NCBI GenBank assembly: GCA_965112735.1
Contig: OZ218950.1
Span: 6,014,001 to 6,078,000 of the forward strand
Origin: Phaeosaccion multiseriatum
Taxonomy: Eukaryota > Protista > Ochrophyta, other classes
DNA length: 64,000 nt
Reading direction: 5' to 3'
This document shows, piece after piece, positions 26,095 through 38,784 of this stretch (the first letter of the stretch is position 1; each line of letters begins with the position of its first letter). The notes below the pieces were generated by a model that was given only the letters and a program-made list of their open reading frames with translations, made no database searches and was not told where the DNA came from. Both the position numbers and the translations under genes were made by a program.

Positions 26095-26235
26095 CTGCTA
26101 CCTGCTACCTCCTTCCGCCTTCTTCCTGTATGCTACCTGCTACCTGCTACCTACTACCTGCTACCTGCTACCTGCTACCTGCTACCTGCTACCTGCTACC
26201 TGTAGCCTGCTACATGCCACCTGCTACCTGCTAGC
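26095..26235. repeat. (CTACCTG)n heptamer repeat, followed by a degenerate GC-rich continuation and a G tract at 26415-26451
   Basis: Read directly from the sequence. Confidence 0.85.
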
Positions 26236-27202
26236 GCCGGCGTCAGCCGGCCTTGACCTGCTGCGGGCCGACGCGCCGGCCGGCAGAGCACTAGCCGGCG
26301 GGAGCTAGCTGCTACCTGCTACGGCCGGCGCCAGCTGGCGTGCCACCTGCTACCGGCCGGCCACTAGTAGCGTGCTACCTGCTGCCGGCCAGCGGCCAGT
26401 AGCATGCCCCGAGCGGGGGGGGGGTGGGGGTGGGGGGGGGGGGGGGGGGGGTGTATACACAAGAGTTACGTAATCTTAGAAAAATTGACTTATTGACTCC
26501 CTCTCCCGCCATTTCATTCATCATTCAAAAAACGATCGCAGCCAAAGGCGTGTGCGCCTTTTTGAGGGCGACTGAGGGTTAAGAGCCTTGCGCATAGCCC
26601 TGTACGTCCTTCCCGAGATCTCTTTCCCGCTGGAAATAAGGAGGTACAAACCTAAGCCTTCCGCTCTCCCGCACTGTTCCCCTAACTGGAGAGGGGGCCG
26701 AGAAACGATGAAGGACGGGAGTGGAGGTGAGGTGTAGGGCGAGAAAGGAGGAGCCTGACCAGGAAACACAAGAGGGGGGGGTGTTTTTATGTGGTTGGCG
26801 CGTGCTGGGCCAGTCTTGGGGAATGGTGGCGTCGGGAGGAGGAGGAAGTGTGTGTTTGAAAGGGAGGGCTTTCCATTAGGTAGAGACAACAGGCTAATGG
26901 AAGCAGAGCGGGCCAGCATCTTACAAGAAGCAGGGCCAAGACGAGAGGACAGTTGTGCCGAATGGAAGGAGGAGGCAGTGTAGTCGGGCGGGGTCTCTCT
27001 TCTCCTAGAAAGGGGGGGGTGCTTTACGGGAGGCATTAGAGGCGGGGGGAGTGAGAGAGAGACAGAGGGGAAAGAGGTGTGGGGTTGAACATCGGTATTA
27101 GCTGGGGGCCACGGGCACTGCGGGGACGATGTGCTTTGTCTGGAAGCCGCCGACGCATAGGGTTCTGTTCCTTCGTTTGGTCGAACTGAGTCTTCGAACT
27201 GA

Positions 27203-28186
27203 GTGGCTGAACTTGTCGTGACGCCAACCTCTCCTCACGCCCCCCCTCCCGAAAATGCCAACGCTTACACAGGAGGCGCACAGAAAGCACTTTCCCCCGC
27301 AAACGCTCTCCAGGAGATCAGCAACACAAAGGCCGCGGGACTGCGCTCTTCCACAGCAGAACCGTCGGCTCGAGTAGCAGCCGCAACAGCAGCAGGAGGA
27401 GGCCCCCTCGGCTTCGTTACGCCAAAGGTCTGCGGTCGCTCGGCGAGTTCTCAGGGTGCCGGGGACTGTGGGCTGCCTTCAGCAGGGGCAGTCGCAACGG
27501 CTGGTGCCAGTGGTGCAAAGTGGTGCAGCACTGCCGTGACGCCGGCTACGGCAGAGCTTTCTTCGACATCCTCGCATCGCTCCCCATTGACGGAGGAAGA
27601 GGTAGAGCTGCCCTTCAGCCAAACATCCACCATTGCCGCCTCCTCTCAACCATCCTTGGCAGTGCCGTGCTCCTCAGAAGGAGAGACCACAACCGACCAT
27701 TGGGAGAACGATAAGGGGTCCCTCAACTGCTCCGCCCCCACACCCCTCATGTCCGGTGAGGAGAGTGGAGGCAGCGGCAGCGGCACCAGCGGCAGCCAGG
27801 AGGCCATATCATCGCCGACCCCCGTGGGAGCCAAGAGAAGAGCGGGAGCAGCAGCAGCAGCAGCAGCAGCAGGAGCAGCAGCCACCCCAGCAGGAAAGGC
27901 TCGACAGGAAGGTCGAGGGGGTAAAGGCGGCAGCGGTGTCGTAGTAAGTGCATCGCGGACCTCCGTGAGCCCAGGAAGCAACGTCTGCTGCAGCATCCCG
28001 GCATACCAGCTCACTCCCGTGGGAGACGCCGCCGGCCCTGACGCCCGCCCGATTCTCCTCCGCCCCACGCGACCCCGAGAGCGTATGGCCATTGGAAGGG
28101 AGGGGGAGGCCACCGCCCACGATAGCGTGGGGGGCGGGGGTGAACCCCAGGAGAGAAAGCTGTCTCTCGGTAAGTGAATCCGAAGC

Positions 28187-28247
<61 letters not shown>

Positions 28248-31200
28248 GGTTTGTGTATGTGACCACCTGGCATCCGTCTCCTGACTTGGGTTGTCGGTTG
28301 TCTGTCGTCCCAGCCCCTAAAAACTTGGTGCCTGCAACATTTGGTGGACTACTGACGCCAAAGCCCCCCCCCCCCCCCCATTCCTCCCGTCCCCCGTTCC
28401 GTCCGTCCGTGGTGCTTCCCTCTCCCTTCCCTCCCCCCCCCCCAAACAACAACCGAAACCACTAAACACGCAGGCATCCCCAGTAGCGAGCTGAAAATCT
28501 CTCGCCACCAGGGCTCCATCTGGATCACAGATACTAATCTCGTCAAGGTTCAGACAGCCAATGTGCTCAACTCCATGCGCATCCGCCTCAAGGGCAGCGG
28601 CAAGCAGAAGCTGCTCAGGCCAGGCAAGACGGGCGCCATGGGGGTGGGCGACGTGCTCGAAGTGGATGCCTTTAAGAGGACAGGGGCCTACGCCTTCCGC
28701 CTCGACAAGGTCCTACCCTCTTCTTCCCCCGTTGGTGCTTCGCGCAACCATGGTGGTAGCAGCAGCCGCAGCAGCAGAAAAGGAGGAGGTGGCGGCAGCT
28801 CCTCCGCACCCAGGACCCCCGTCAAGCATCAGCAGCAGCGGAGGGGGGGTCTTGGCGCGGGGGTGGGAACGGGCCTGGCTTCTGGCGTGAGTGCGGGCGT
28901 CAACAGCCCTTCCGCCGACCGCCTCTCACCCCCCCCGCCCTCCCCTCACCGGAGCTCGACTCATGTCCGCTTAAGCTCTCACCTTGCCTCTGGAGAGGTG
29001 CCCAGCGATGGGGGCGACTCGTCGAGCTGCGCAGGGAGGGGGGCCGCGGGGACTGCCAGCCCAGCCTCTACTGCTGCTGCGTCGCTTGGCGGTGGTGGTA
29101 GTGGTGGGAAAAGGCCGATGTCTGCGGCAGATGACACTATCGATCTGGTCAGCGACTCCTCCGATGGTGGCGGTGGCGGTGGCGGCGCCGGCGGCAGTGG
29201 TGGTGGCCGCGGCGGCGGTGGCCGCGGCGGTGGCCGCGGCGGTGGTGGTGGTGGGAGTAGTGGTGGTGCCGGTGGAGGAGGGCGAAAGACGCAGTCTGAC
29301 GCCGTCGAGCTCGTCGAGATCATTGACTCTTCGGAAGAAGACCGCACGGAGAAGACAAAGAAGAAGCCCCCCCCTGCAGCCGCAGCGACGACAGCAATGG
29401 CCGCCGTCGATCTGACCGCAGACAGTGATGCCTCCTCTCCGGAGACCAAGGCCAAGAGGACAGCCGCCAAAGGGGCACCCTCCCCCCCCCCCTCCTCCTC
29501 CTCCTCCTCCTCCTCCTCCTCCTCCTCCTCGGGACACGTGGGTGGGCCGAGTAGCAGCGGTGGTGGTAGTAGAAGTATTAAGAGGGGCCAGGGACAGGGA
29601 CAGAGTGGGCGGACTGATTCCGACGCGGAGAGAGAGAGTTTGGACGACGCCGTTCTCCAGGCATGCCTAAGGGCATCCCTAGACGACTCGGTGGCAGGAG
29701 CAGCCGTTGGTGATACAGGAGGGGGGGGAGGAGCAGCAGCAGCAGCATCGTCGTCGTCGTCGGTGGAGCCGGCAGTAGACGTCAAACCGTTCTCCTCCTC
29801 TGTGGCTACAGCACTGGCGGCAGAAGCAGCGGCCAAGAAGGGCTTCTTTGAGAGGAGCGATGAGGCCTCCAACGAGTCGCCGCCTGCTGCTGGGAGGAAA
29901 GGAGGGAAGGGAAAAGGCAAGGCCAAGGCCCAGTCGAGCAAGGGCAGCACCAGCAAGCAGCCCGGCGACGACAAGGCTGACAAGGCTCAGTTCAAGGTGG
30001 GGCAGATTGTTGATTTGGCGCCCCTTATTGCCCCCGGGAGGGACAAGGAAGGAGGGAGGTGCCGAGTGTTGGAAGTGCTTGATGGGAACATGTACGAAGT
30101 GCAGCTCATTATCGGGCGGGGCCGTCAGAAGGTGCAGGCCAGTCGAATCACGGAGGTCGAGGAGGACGCAGCAGGCTCGGGGGATAATGAGGTGGTGAAG
30201 GGGAGGAGAGAGGAGCCGCCGCCTCTGCAAAGGGGCCTTCTTGGGAGCAGGAGAGCAGCAGCAGCAGCGGGTGGTGGTGGTGGTGGTGGTGAAGGGGCTG
30301 CTTGCTCCTCTTCGAGCGTCGCTCCTCCAGTGGCCATGGAGCAGAGGAAGGGCCAGCCGCCCCAGCACCGGCAGCCACCGCAATCTCCCGGGGGGAACCG
30401 TCGAAGAGGCATTCGCAGGAGAGGCAGAGGCGGAAACCGCTTGGCTCATCAGCGCAGCCCGAGAGGGACCACACCACCCCCACCATCATCAGCGGCACCA
30501 GTAGCAGCAGCAGCAGCAGCAGCCGCAGGAGGAGCAGCGGGTCCGAACGACATGGCGTCCATGCCGCTGTACGACCCTTCAGTACCCCCCGAGCTGGGTG
30601 GCCGCGTACGTGTCTTGTTCGACGAGGGCGGCAAACTCAAACACTACATGGGAACCATTGTTGAGGTGGGCAGCACGAGGGACAAGGTCACCGCCTCCTG
30701 GCCGGTCACTGTTCGATGGGACGAGCTCGCGCCCGACCCGGTGACGGGAGGGCTGCTTCTCGATCCGAAGGACAACGACGAGCAGTTCCTGCTGCCTGCG
30801 GATGAAGATGTGGCATTTTGCAAAGGAGACGCCGTGGCGAATGAAGAGAAGGAGGCCACGAGGTGAGAAAGAAGGAAGGAAGGAAGGAAGGAAGGAAGGA
30901 GGATGACCCAAGCACCTACACACTCATGCACACACACACATGCACACATGCATTTCTCCAACCATCCAACCACACCTCTCCCATCGCCTTCATGCAGTAG
31001 AACCCCTTCTCCTTGGTGCACCTGCTCGTATGATTGGAACCGTTGCTTGGGGGAGGGCTCCAGCGCCCTCCATCAAAGCGCGGGTGGCATGGATTGCCAT
31101 CGCCCCTCTCTCCTATGTCTCTGACCCTCCCTCGCCGCCTCACTCTCCATCACGTTCTTCCTAACGCCCCAACTACCCCAGCTCAACTCGCGCTCCACCC

Positions 31201-33767
31201 CCCCTCCCCGCCCTTGACTCGGATGGGGCTGGCTGGCTGACTGACTCATTTGCTTCCTGCCTGACCGACTGACTTACTGACTCACTGACTCACTGACGGA
31301 CTGAATACATGAATGAACGAATGAATACACAGGAGAGTGGCCAGGGAGGCTCGTAACGCGAGAGGCAAGGCCAAAGGCGGCAAGGCGGCGGAGAGGGCCC
31401 TCCAGAGAGAGAGGTGTGGAATGTGTGTGTGTGTGTGTGCGAGGGATTCTATCTGCTTTGCCGTGCGGCGGGTATGCGATGTCATGCGAACAAGGACCCC
31501 CACCCGTCGTCGTTGGCATCTTGTCACTGTTTCGCCTCCCCTCTCTACGCCCGCCAAAGGCGCTGTTCCTTGCCTACACGTATGCCCGTATGCCCCCCAT
31601 CTTTTTCACCTTTCTGAAACGCCTTCCCTCTTCTTGCTTGTTGCGCTCTGGCTCTTGGTTTCCACAGATGGCAAACCCTCTTTCCCGCCAAGAACAAGCT
31701 CACCCTCTCCCGCTACACAGCGCTATTGCAGGCGGCCCCGGAAAAGCTCGCAGGTCTGTGGTTCGTACAGAATTGCAAACCGCACGGATGGTACGACGCA
31801 CTCATCAAGGGAGAGTCGGATACCGATGCATATAGAGACACCAAGACAGACAAGGGAAAGGCCAAGGCCAAGGCCAAGGGCGGTGCGGCGAAGCCCGGGT
31901 TGGAAGTTGCATACTATCCGAGGTCGGGAGGAGGCCCGGGAGCGGAGGGCAGCCGCCGATATGAGGGCGAGGGGGAGTGCGTGGAGTACGTGGACAAGGA
32001 GAAGCTTCTGGCCACGCTCACTGCGTTGGCGAAGAAGGGCAGTGTGAGGAAGCCGGAGGGCGAGGTGCCGAAGCGGACGCATCACTTCGCCAAGCAGAGG
32101 GAGGGGGGGGAGGAGGAGGAGGAGGAAGAGGAGGAGGGTGGGGACTGCATCCGGTCGAGGTCCAGCAAGCTTGCGGCGAGGCGAAACCTCGGTGGGCGTA
32201 GGAGCGAGAAGGGGGGCGATGGGGAGGAGCAGCAGGAGGAGGAGGAGAGCAGCGGGGTAGACACGGACAGCGATTATTCAGACTCAGAAGGGGAGGAACA
32301 GGAGGCGGGGGGCGAGGGGGAGGAGCAGAAGGAGGCGGAGGAGGGGGAGGAGGAGGAGGAGGACGAGGAGGAGGAGGAGGATGAGGAGGAGACCGAGGGG
32401 GGGGGGCGACGAAGACCCGCCAAGGTGAGACGCACGCTTGTAAAGGCCTGTCTATCTAAGAAGTTTCCGCAGTACTTCTATTACACAACGTGCAGGGGAG
32501 CTGCAGGGGAGCGAGGGTCGATCCCATCCTTCGCAGGGCCTTGGTGATTCAACGCTGCTCAACAACTCTCGCTCGTTCCTTTCGTCGTCCCATCTGTTCC
32601 GCGTGTGTGCAACCTCCTGCCTAACAACACACATCACTCCCTCACTGCTGTTTGGTTGGCTTGTTTTGCTGCTCCTCTTGCGACTCGCAGAGGAAGAGAG
32701 TAGCCGACGACAGGCGTACCACTGTCGGAAAGGCCCCTACTGCGCGGACTGTGGTCAAGAGGGAGATGGTGGGCAAGGTCAAGACAGAGAGGAAGGGCAG
32801 CAACGCGAGCACCACCAGCAGCAGCCGCCGGAGCAGCAAGGAGGCGGTGGTGGAGCCAAGGACAGAGAGGAAGGGCAGCAGCAGCAGCAGCAGCAGGAGC
32901 AGCAGCGGTGGCGGTAGTGGTACAGGCAGCAGCACTTCCAGCAAGAGAGCAGCGAAGAAGGGCCCCAATAAGGGACCCCATGAGCCCACCATGGCGGAGT
33001 ACTTTAGCGACATTAAGCAGAAGGAGGAGGAGGATGCTGCTGCCAAGGCGGAGGCTGAAGGTGAGGGCGAGAGAGAGAGGGAGGGGGGGAGCGAGAGGGA
33101 GGGAGGGAGGTAGAGAGGGAGGGGGGGACATAGATATAGAGGGAGGGAGGGGGAGAGAGAGGGAGAGACCGGGCCGAATATTATCTCTTCGCCCCTTCTC
33201 CCTGCGTACTGCTGTGAACTGTGAAGAGCCGAGATCCTTGCGATCACAAAATGATGCCCTCCTCTCACCAAGTGCTCGCCCCTCCATCTCCTCCTCCTCT
33301 TCCCCATCCACTGCCATCCCCTCAGCTGCGGCGGCTGCCCAGTTCGCATCTGCCCCAGCCTTGAAGGTCGCGCCCGCCGCTGCCATTAAGACGTCGTGTC
33401 CCGTGTGTCATACGGTGAGTGAGATCAGAGTGAGGTAGTGGAGCTATGATTGGCCAGTTCAGTTGGGACAGTCGTCTCCTAAGAGTGCGAACAGGAGGCG
33501 GGTGAGGCGAGGTTTGCCAACGCTGCTCGCACTCTCTGTGTCACGCCGAAGGTGGCGCTGTGCTCCACTTGCTTCATGACGAAGGACGTGCGAAGTAAAT
33601 CAATTGCATGTCCAGCCTCTTCGCTCTTCCGCGCCCTCCCACCCTCCATTCACGAACGGACATGCTCGCTGCTTCGTGTTGGCTGCTCTTGGGGCTGGCT
33701 GGCTGCTGGGATTTGTGTGTGTTGTGTGTGTTTGTGTGTGTATGTATGTGTATGTGTGTGTGTTTGT

Positions 33768-33798
<31 letters not shown>

Positions 33799-36700
33799 CG
33801 TGTGTGTGTGTGTTTGTGTGTGTGTGTGCGTGTGTGTGTGTTCCTTACCGTGCTTGACGTGCTTGACATGCTTGACAGGTGTTCAAGGCCAAGGACTCGG
33901 ACTCCGTGGTGGAAGGGCACTTGGCGCTCTGTCAGATGCAGCAGAGAAGGAGGGAGCAACAGCTGGGCCGACAGGTAGGAAAGGATGGGGGGGAGGGGGA
34001 TGGGGGAGTTAGTACGTGAAAGAGGTCGCACGTGAGCTTACGTACGTGTCTCTTGCAGGGCGCCAGCAGTTGGGCTGGGCCTCTTTTACGATAAGATACC
34101 TGCTCCATCTCTTTCAGAGGAGAGAGAGGCAGGGAGAGTTGGGACGAGCAATCGTATGCAACTTCCCCCTCACCCCTCTCTCTTGTGCGGTAGTGCCCCT
34201 GCTTGCCTCTCTCTGCCGAGCCTCGTCACTCACAATCGCCCCCCCTTTGCCCCCCCGGCCACTCCCTTTCTTCTTTTTTCTCCATCATCTTCTCCCTCCC
34301 TCCCTCCCTCCCTCCCTCCCCTCAGGCGCAAGAGATCAGCAGCGGCCGCAGCAAGTGCCTGAAGGACATGTTGCTTGACGGCGTGGACATGCCTAGAGCC
34401 GTTTCCTTCTTCGGGAACATTGTGAATGGACTGCACCTCAAGCCACCCGCCTCACTGGCCGAGGCCATGATGCAGAAGGTAGGTTACGTATATTAGTTTC
34501 GGTTTCAGTTTTCAGGTTCAGCTCTCCTCAGCCCCTTGCTTGCGATGAGCAGGCCGACTCGTGTGCGTTTGGGAAGGAGCGTGGGTGGGTGGATGCATCC
34601 CCGGGGGGCGACTAACTCGGTTTCTGTGCACTGTAGAGAGAGCAGACACGCAAGAGATGAGACCCAAGCCAAGAGGAACCTCGTGGATGCATTGAAACGA
34701 TGTCTTTGCCCACATGTATAGTATGTGTCTTCTTCCCCTTCCCCGTACTCTTCCCCTCACGGTTACCCTTCCTATTACTCTTACCCTGACCCTGACCCCT
34801 CCCCTCCCCTCCCCTCCCCTCCCCTCCCTTCTCTCCTCTCCTCCCCTCCCCTCCCCCCCCTCCCCCCCCTCCCCCCGCCCGTGTCGTACTCACCTGTGTG
34901 TGTTGCCTGCCTGTGTGTGCCTCATCGTGTTAAAAGATACCCTCGTCGTCACCGATGCGTGCGTACGCCATCCAGGAGTGTTTCCAAATCGCCACTAAGG
35001 AGTTCCCCAACTTTTGGCAGCCCTACAACTTCAGACAGGTATGGGAGGAGGAGGAGGAGGAGGAGGAGGAGGAGGAGGAGGAGGAGGAGGAGGAAGAGGA
35101 GGAGAGAGCATCGGCCTTCAGTCAGGATCGTACCGTTTTCCAACCCCTCTACCCCACCCACCTACTGCTGTGCGCGACTTCCTCTCCTTCCTCCCTTCCC
35201 TTCCCTCTTCCTCCCCCCCACTCCCCTCCCCTCCGCTTCACTCCACTCCCTTGCAGCTCGAGCAGATGCTGAACCACCTTGCGAGGGCCGAGGAGTACAA
35301 AACGCTCCACATCAACGTCATCGCCACAGACACACTACTCGAACTAGTGGAAGAGTTCAAGCCCCCTGAGGCAGCGCTTCAAGCACCGCAGGAGGTGTCG
35401 TCGTCGTCGTCGGCTTCCTCGTCATCGGCATCAGCACAGGCAGCGAAGGCCGCCGCTTCTGCTGGCTTCTTCCCTCCCCTCCTCGGCAGCGATGCCACAA
35501 GGGACGCCCACATGACAAGGGTGAGTAGTTGGAGCAGTAAAACTGGTGCGACTGACCCCCACCCCGCCCCCCCACCCAACCGGTGACACTATCTATGCAC
35601 GCGGAGATGCGGCCTTGTCCTTTGGAATCGGTGGCCCTCGGCCCTGCGTCACTTCGGTTGTGTTCTTCCCTGATACGCGCCACCACATCACACGTGCCAC
35701 TCACAGCCGCGCCGCACATGTCCTTCTCTCCCCCCATCTCCACCTCCCCCCTCCCTCCCCTTCCCCTGTATCTCCGTCCGTCTGCCTGCATACCCCCTCT
35801 CCGTCTCTCCCTCCCTCCCTCTCTCTCTCCCTCCTTCTCTCTCTCTCTTCCTCTCCCCTCCCCTCTCTCTCCCTCTCCTTCTCACTCTCTCTCCTCCTCC
35901 TCTCTCTCTCTCTCTCCCATGCCCGCCCAGGTGATTGAGAGCGCGATTGACTGCTGGGTGAGCAGGGGAGTTCGGTCCATCTCAGGCCTGCCTGGCTATG
36001 CCCAAATGGACAGCTTGGCGTGCCAAGCCGCTGCTAAATGCGTGGGGGTACTGGGCGAGGCGTACATTCGAGGCAACGGCTGGACGGGGGGGGTGGGAGG
36101 GGCGAGGAACAAGAGCAGCAAGGGCAAGGGGAAGGCACCGCAGAAGGACGAGCAGAAGGAGGAGCAAGGACTGCGGAAGGAGGAGGAGGGCCCGCAGAGG
36201 GACGACAAGGAGCAAGCCAATGCCACCCGTAAGATCGTGCACATGATCTGGAACAAGCTGGACGAGAGGGAGAACGACGAGGGGCACGAGGAGGCAAGGA
36301 GGATCGGTATGCGTGCCGAGGTGAGTTTCAGTTTCAGTTTGACCTTACTTGTGTAATCAAAGGCTGGGAATGAATCGATAGCTTGTGCGCGCTGATCGAC
36401 TGAGTGAGGGACAAACGCATGTTGCTCTTCAACCCTTACGCCATAAGCCTTCCCATGTTCCACTCGAATCGAAGTCTAACACATCCGTTTTTGTCTCCGT
36501 TGTGTCTGTTCCCATCCCTCTCCTCGCCCCTCCTATACCCTCGAAATCTGTGGACGTTTGCCCTTTGACACGTTGATCCTCCATGTACAAAGGGCAAAAT
36601 CGGTGCCCTCAAGTGCTTTCTCATGTGCCTGAGCTCCCACCCGCTCGTGTACAAGCCCCTCCTTCGCTTCATTGAGGACGAGTGGTCAGGCAGCAGCGAG

Positions 36701-36871
36701 GTCGACGAAGGCATGAGGGCCTTCCTGCAACTGAAAAGGGGCGTCTTACCCACGCGTGTGCCCGGCAGCAAGCGAAAGAGAAGCGTGGCGGAGCTGCTGT
36801 TGGAGCAAGTGTTTGAGATGAGGGCTGCGAAGGCACGCAAGCTCGCCGGTGGGGACTCCAAATCGACATGA
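27203..36871 (+). CDS. Very large multi-exon nuclear protein: FHA domain, three SIM-like motifs, UIM-like motif, Tudor-like barrels, UBZ-like zinc finger and a helical C-terminal domain (true start not resolved)
   Basis: FHA: AIGR...LG|IPSSELKISRHQ...NSM, spliced 28169/28474. SIMs: TIDLVSDSSD, VEIIDSSEED, VDLTADSD. UIM-like: DDAVLQACLRASL. Tudor-like: FKVGQIVDL...RVLEV...YEVQL and GGRVRVLFD...YMGTIVEV...VRWD. Zinc finger: CPVCHT|VF...VEGHLALC. The final exon ends with TGA at 36871. Confidence 0.7.
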
Positions 36872-37386
36872 TGATGAGCCTAGACGCTAGACTCTCTCCC
36901 ATTTCGCAGCAGCAGAAGCAACCGCTGCTGCTGTGGCGGCATGTGGACATCCGGGGCATCTGTGACAGTATTTCCATGTGAGAAGCCTTGTTCAGTCGCT
37001 GCCATAGCTCCACACTGAGCGGGGGACCGGCTGTCGGTGAGCTGTCGGTGAGCTGAGGCGCTACAGGCAAACAGCAGCGGTAGTAGCACAAGTAGTACAA
37101 GTATGTATCAGTAGCATCAGTGTCAGCAGTAGCAGTAAGCGGTAGCAGTAGCAGCAGTAGCACTAAGCGGGGAGGAGGGCACAGCGCTTCGGCCTCGTCA
37201 GGTGCTCTGTGTTGTTCGGGTGGGTGGATGGGTGGGTGGATGGGTGGGTGGATGGGTGGGTGGGTGGGTGGATTGGGAGGGGGCTGGCCACTCAGAAAGG
37301 GCTGTATCAAAACCAGTATTCTAATTACTTCAAGTGTTGGTTGTGATACTTCTCATGCAAACTCTTCTTGCCCTGCGCATCTCCGC

Positions 37387-37440
<54 letters not shown>

Positions 37441-37785
37441 TGCTGCTGCTACTCGAGAAGCGACCGAGTAGCGGCCCTCGCATCGATGCCCTCAAGATGC
37501 ATGACAGCCCTCCTTCCCTCCTTCCCTCCTTCCCTTCTTCCCCTCACCCCTCCAAACGAAACAAAGCCACGTCCGTCCTTGACCCCTATCGGATCCCTCC
37601 TGCCTGACGGAACACGTCCAGCACCAAACACTATCCTGATGAGATGTGCTCTACGGAATCGCCTTCCTCTTCTTCGCTGCACCAGCGCCGCTGGGCTGCT
37701 GCTCCTGCCCTTGCCCTCCCTGTCCACGAGCAGTGGCGGTAGAGCGACAGGCGGTGCGCGGCTTCCTCCTCGCTCCTCTCGCTTC

Positions 37786-38100
37786 TTACGCCTTCCTCTC
37801 ACGGGTGCCTCTTCCCCCTCGCGATGATCGAGAGGGAGGCCTTGCTGGTTGCTGCCTCTCTCCTCCTGCCTGCTTGTTGCACTCGCCAACAACACGGTAG
37901 AGTTTCTTGACGACCTGCTGAGCTCTATGAGAAACGCACACTCCTCCTTTCATCGCATGCTGGCCACAGCCCGGCCACAGCCCTGCACGGAGCAGTGGTA
38001 GCCCCCGCCATGCACCGCTCGAATGGCATCCGTCCACCCGTCACTCGCCGCCGTGCGGCCCTTGCTTTGTGAGAGCCCGCAGCAGCAGGCATGACTCCCC
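37786..38100 (-). pseudogene. Decayed C-x4-C...C-x2-HGG zinc-finger repeat (WRKY19-like type) gene fragment
   Basis: Removing the 11-bp tandem duplication GGCCACAGCCC (37962-37983) restores HGGGYHCSVQGCGQHAMKGGVCVSH. Confidence 0.55.
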
Positions 38101-38193
38101 CCAACCCCCCCTCTACTGGCCCCTTTTCGCTCTCTATCCCTCGCTTCGCTCGAGGTAAGCACTCTCCCTTACGGGAGTCCTACTTCGCTGGCT

Positions 38194-38784
38194 TTAGCTC
38201 GAAGCCAAACAACAACTCAGAAGAGACGTCTCTCCCATGCGGGCTAGGACCCTGCTGTCCTCCACCATGTCCGGAGGGCTAAGGGAGGCTAAGTACAGTC
38301 TCTCTTCGGTCTGACTGAGAGGGCTTTGGGAGGGAACATACAGTCCCTCTGCGGTTGGAAGTCGGCCGGCGATCCCATGCAGGATACCAAGCTTTCCAGC
38401 ACCAGTCAGAGCCTTGTCCACCGATGCCCCAGCACGGAGCAGCTCGTGCATTGCTCCTCCGTGGTTGTGGAAAGCAGCGACGAGGAGGGGAGTCACCCCA
38501 TCATTGGTCGTGGCATCGATCGCAGCTCCCGCACTGAGCAGAGCACTGAGCACTGAGCAATGCCCGCCTTGGGCAGCGAAGTGTAAAGCATTGCGGCCCT
38601 CATCGTCAACTAGATGAACGTCTGCGCCTGCCACTATCATTGGATTGCCCCCAGGAGCGCAAGTTGCCTCGTCGAGGCAGGCCTTTCTCTCCTCCTCTTT
38701 GGTAGTGATGGCCCTCTCCTTGATTCTCTTCCACCGCCGTGTGGTGGCATTACGGAGGCCTGTGAGCTGGGATGGCCAAGGCAA
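38194..38784 (-). pseudogene. Ankyrin array copy A, internally deleted (about 2 intact repeats) with a degenerate C-terminus
   Basis: Shares the N-cap ACLDEA and the C-flank AMHELLRAGASVDKALTGAGKLGIL...SQSP with copies B and C, but lacks the middle repeats and the GIPPQERG tail. Confidence 0.7.
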
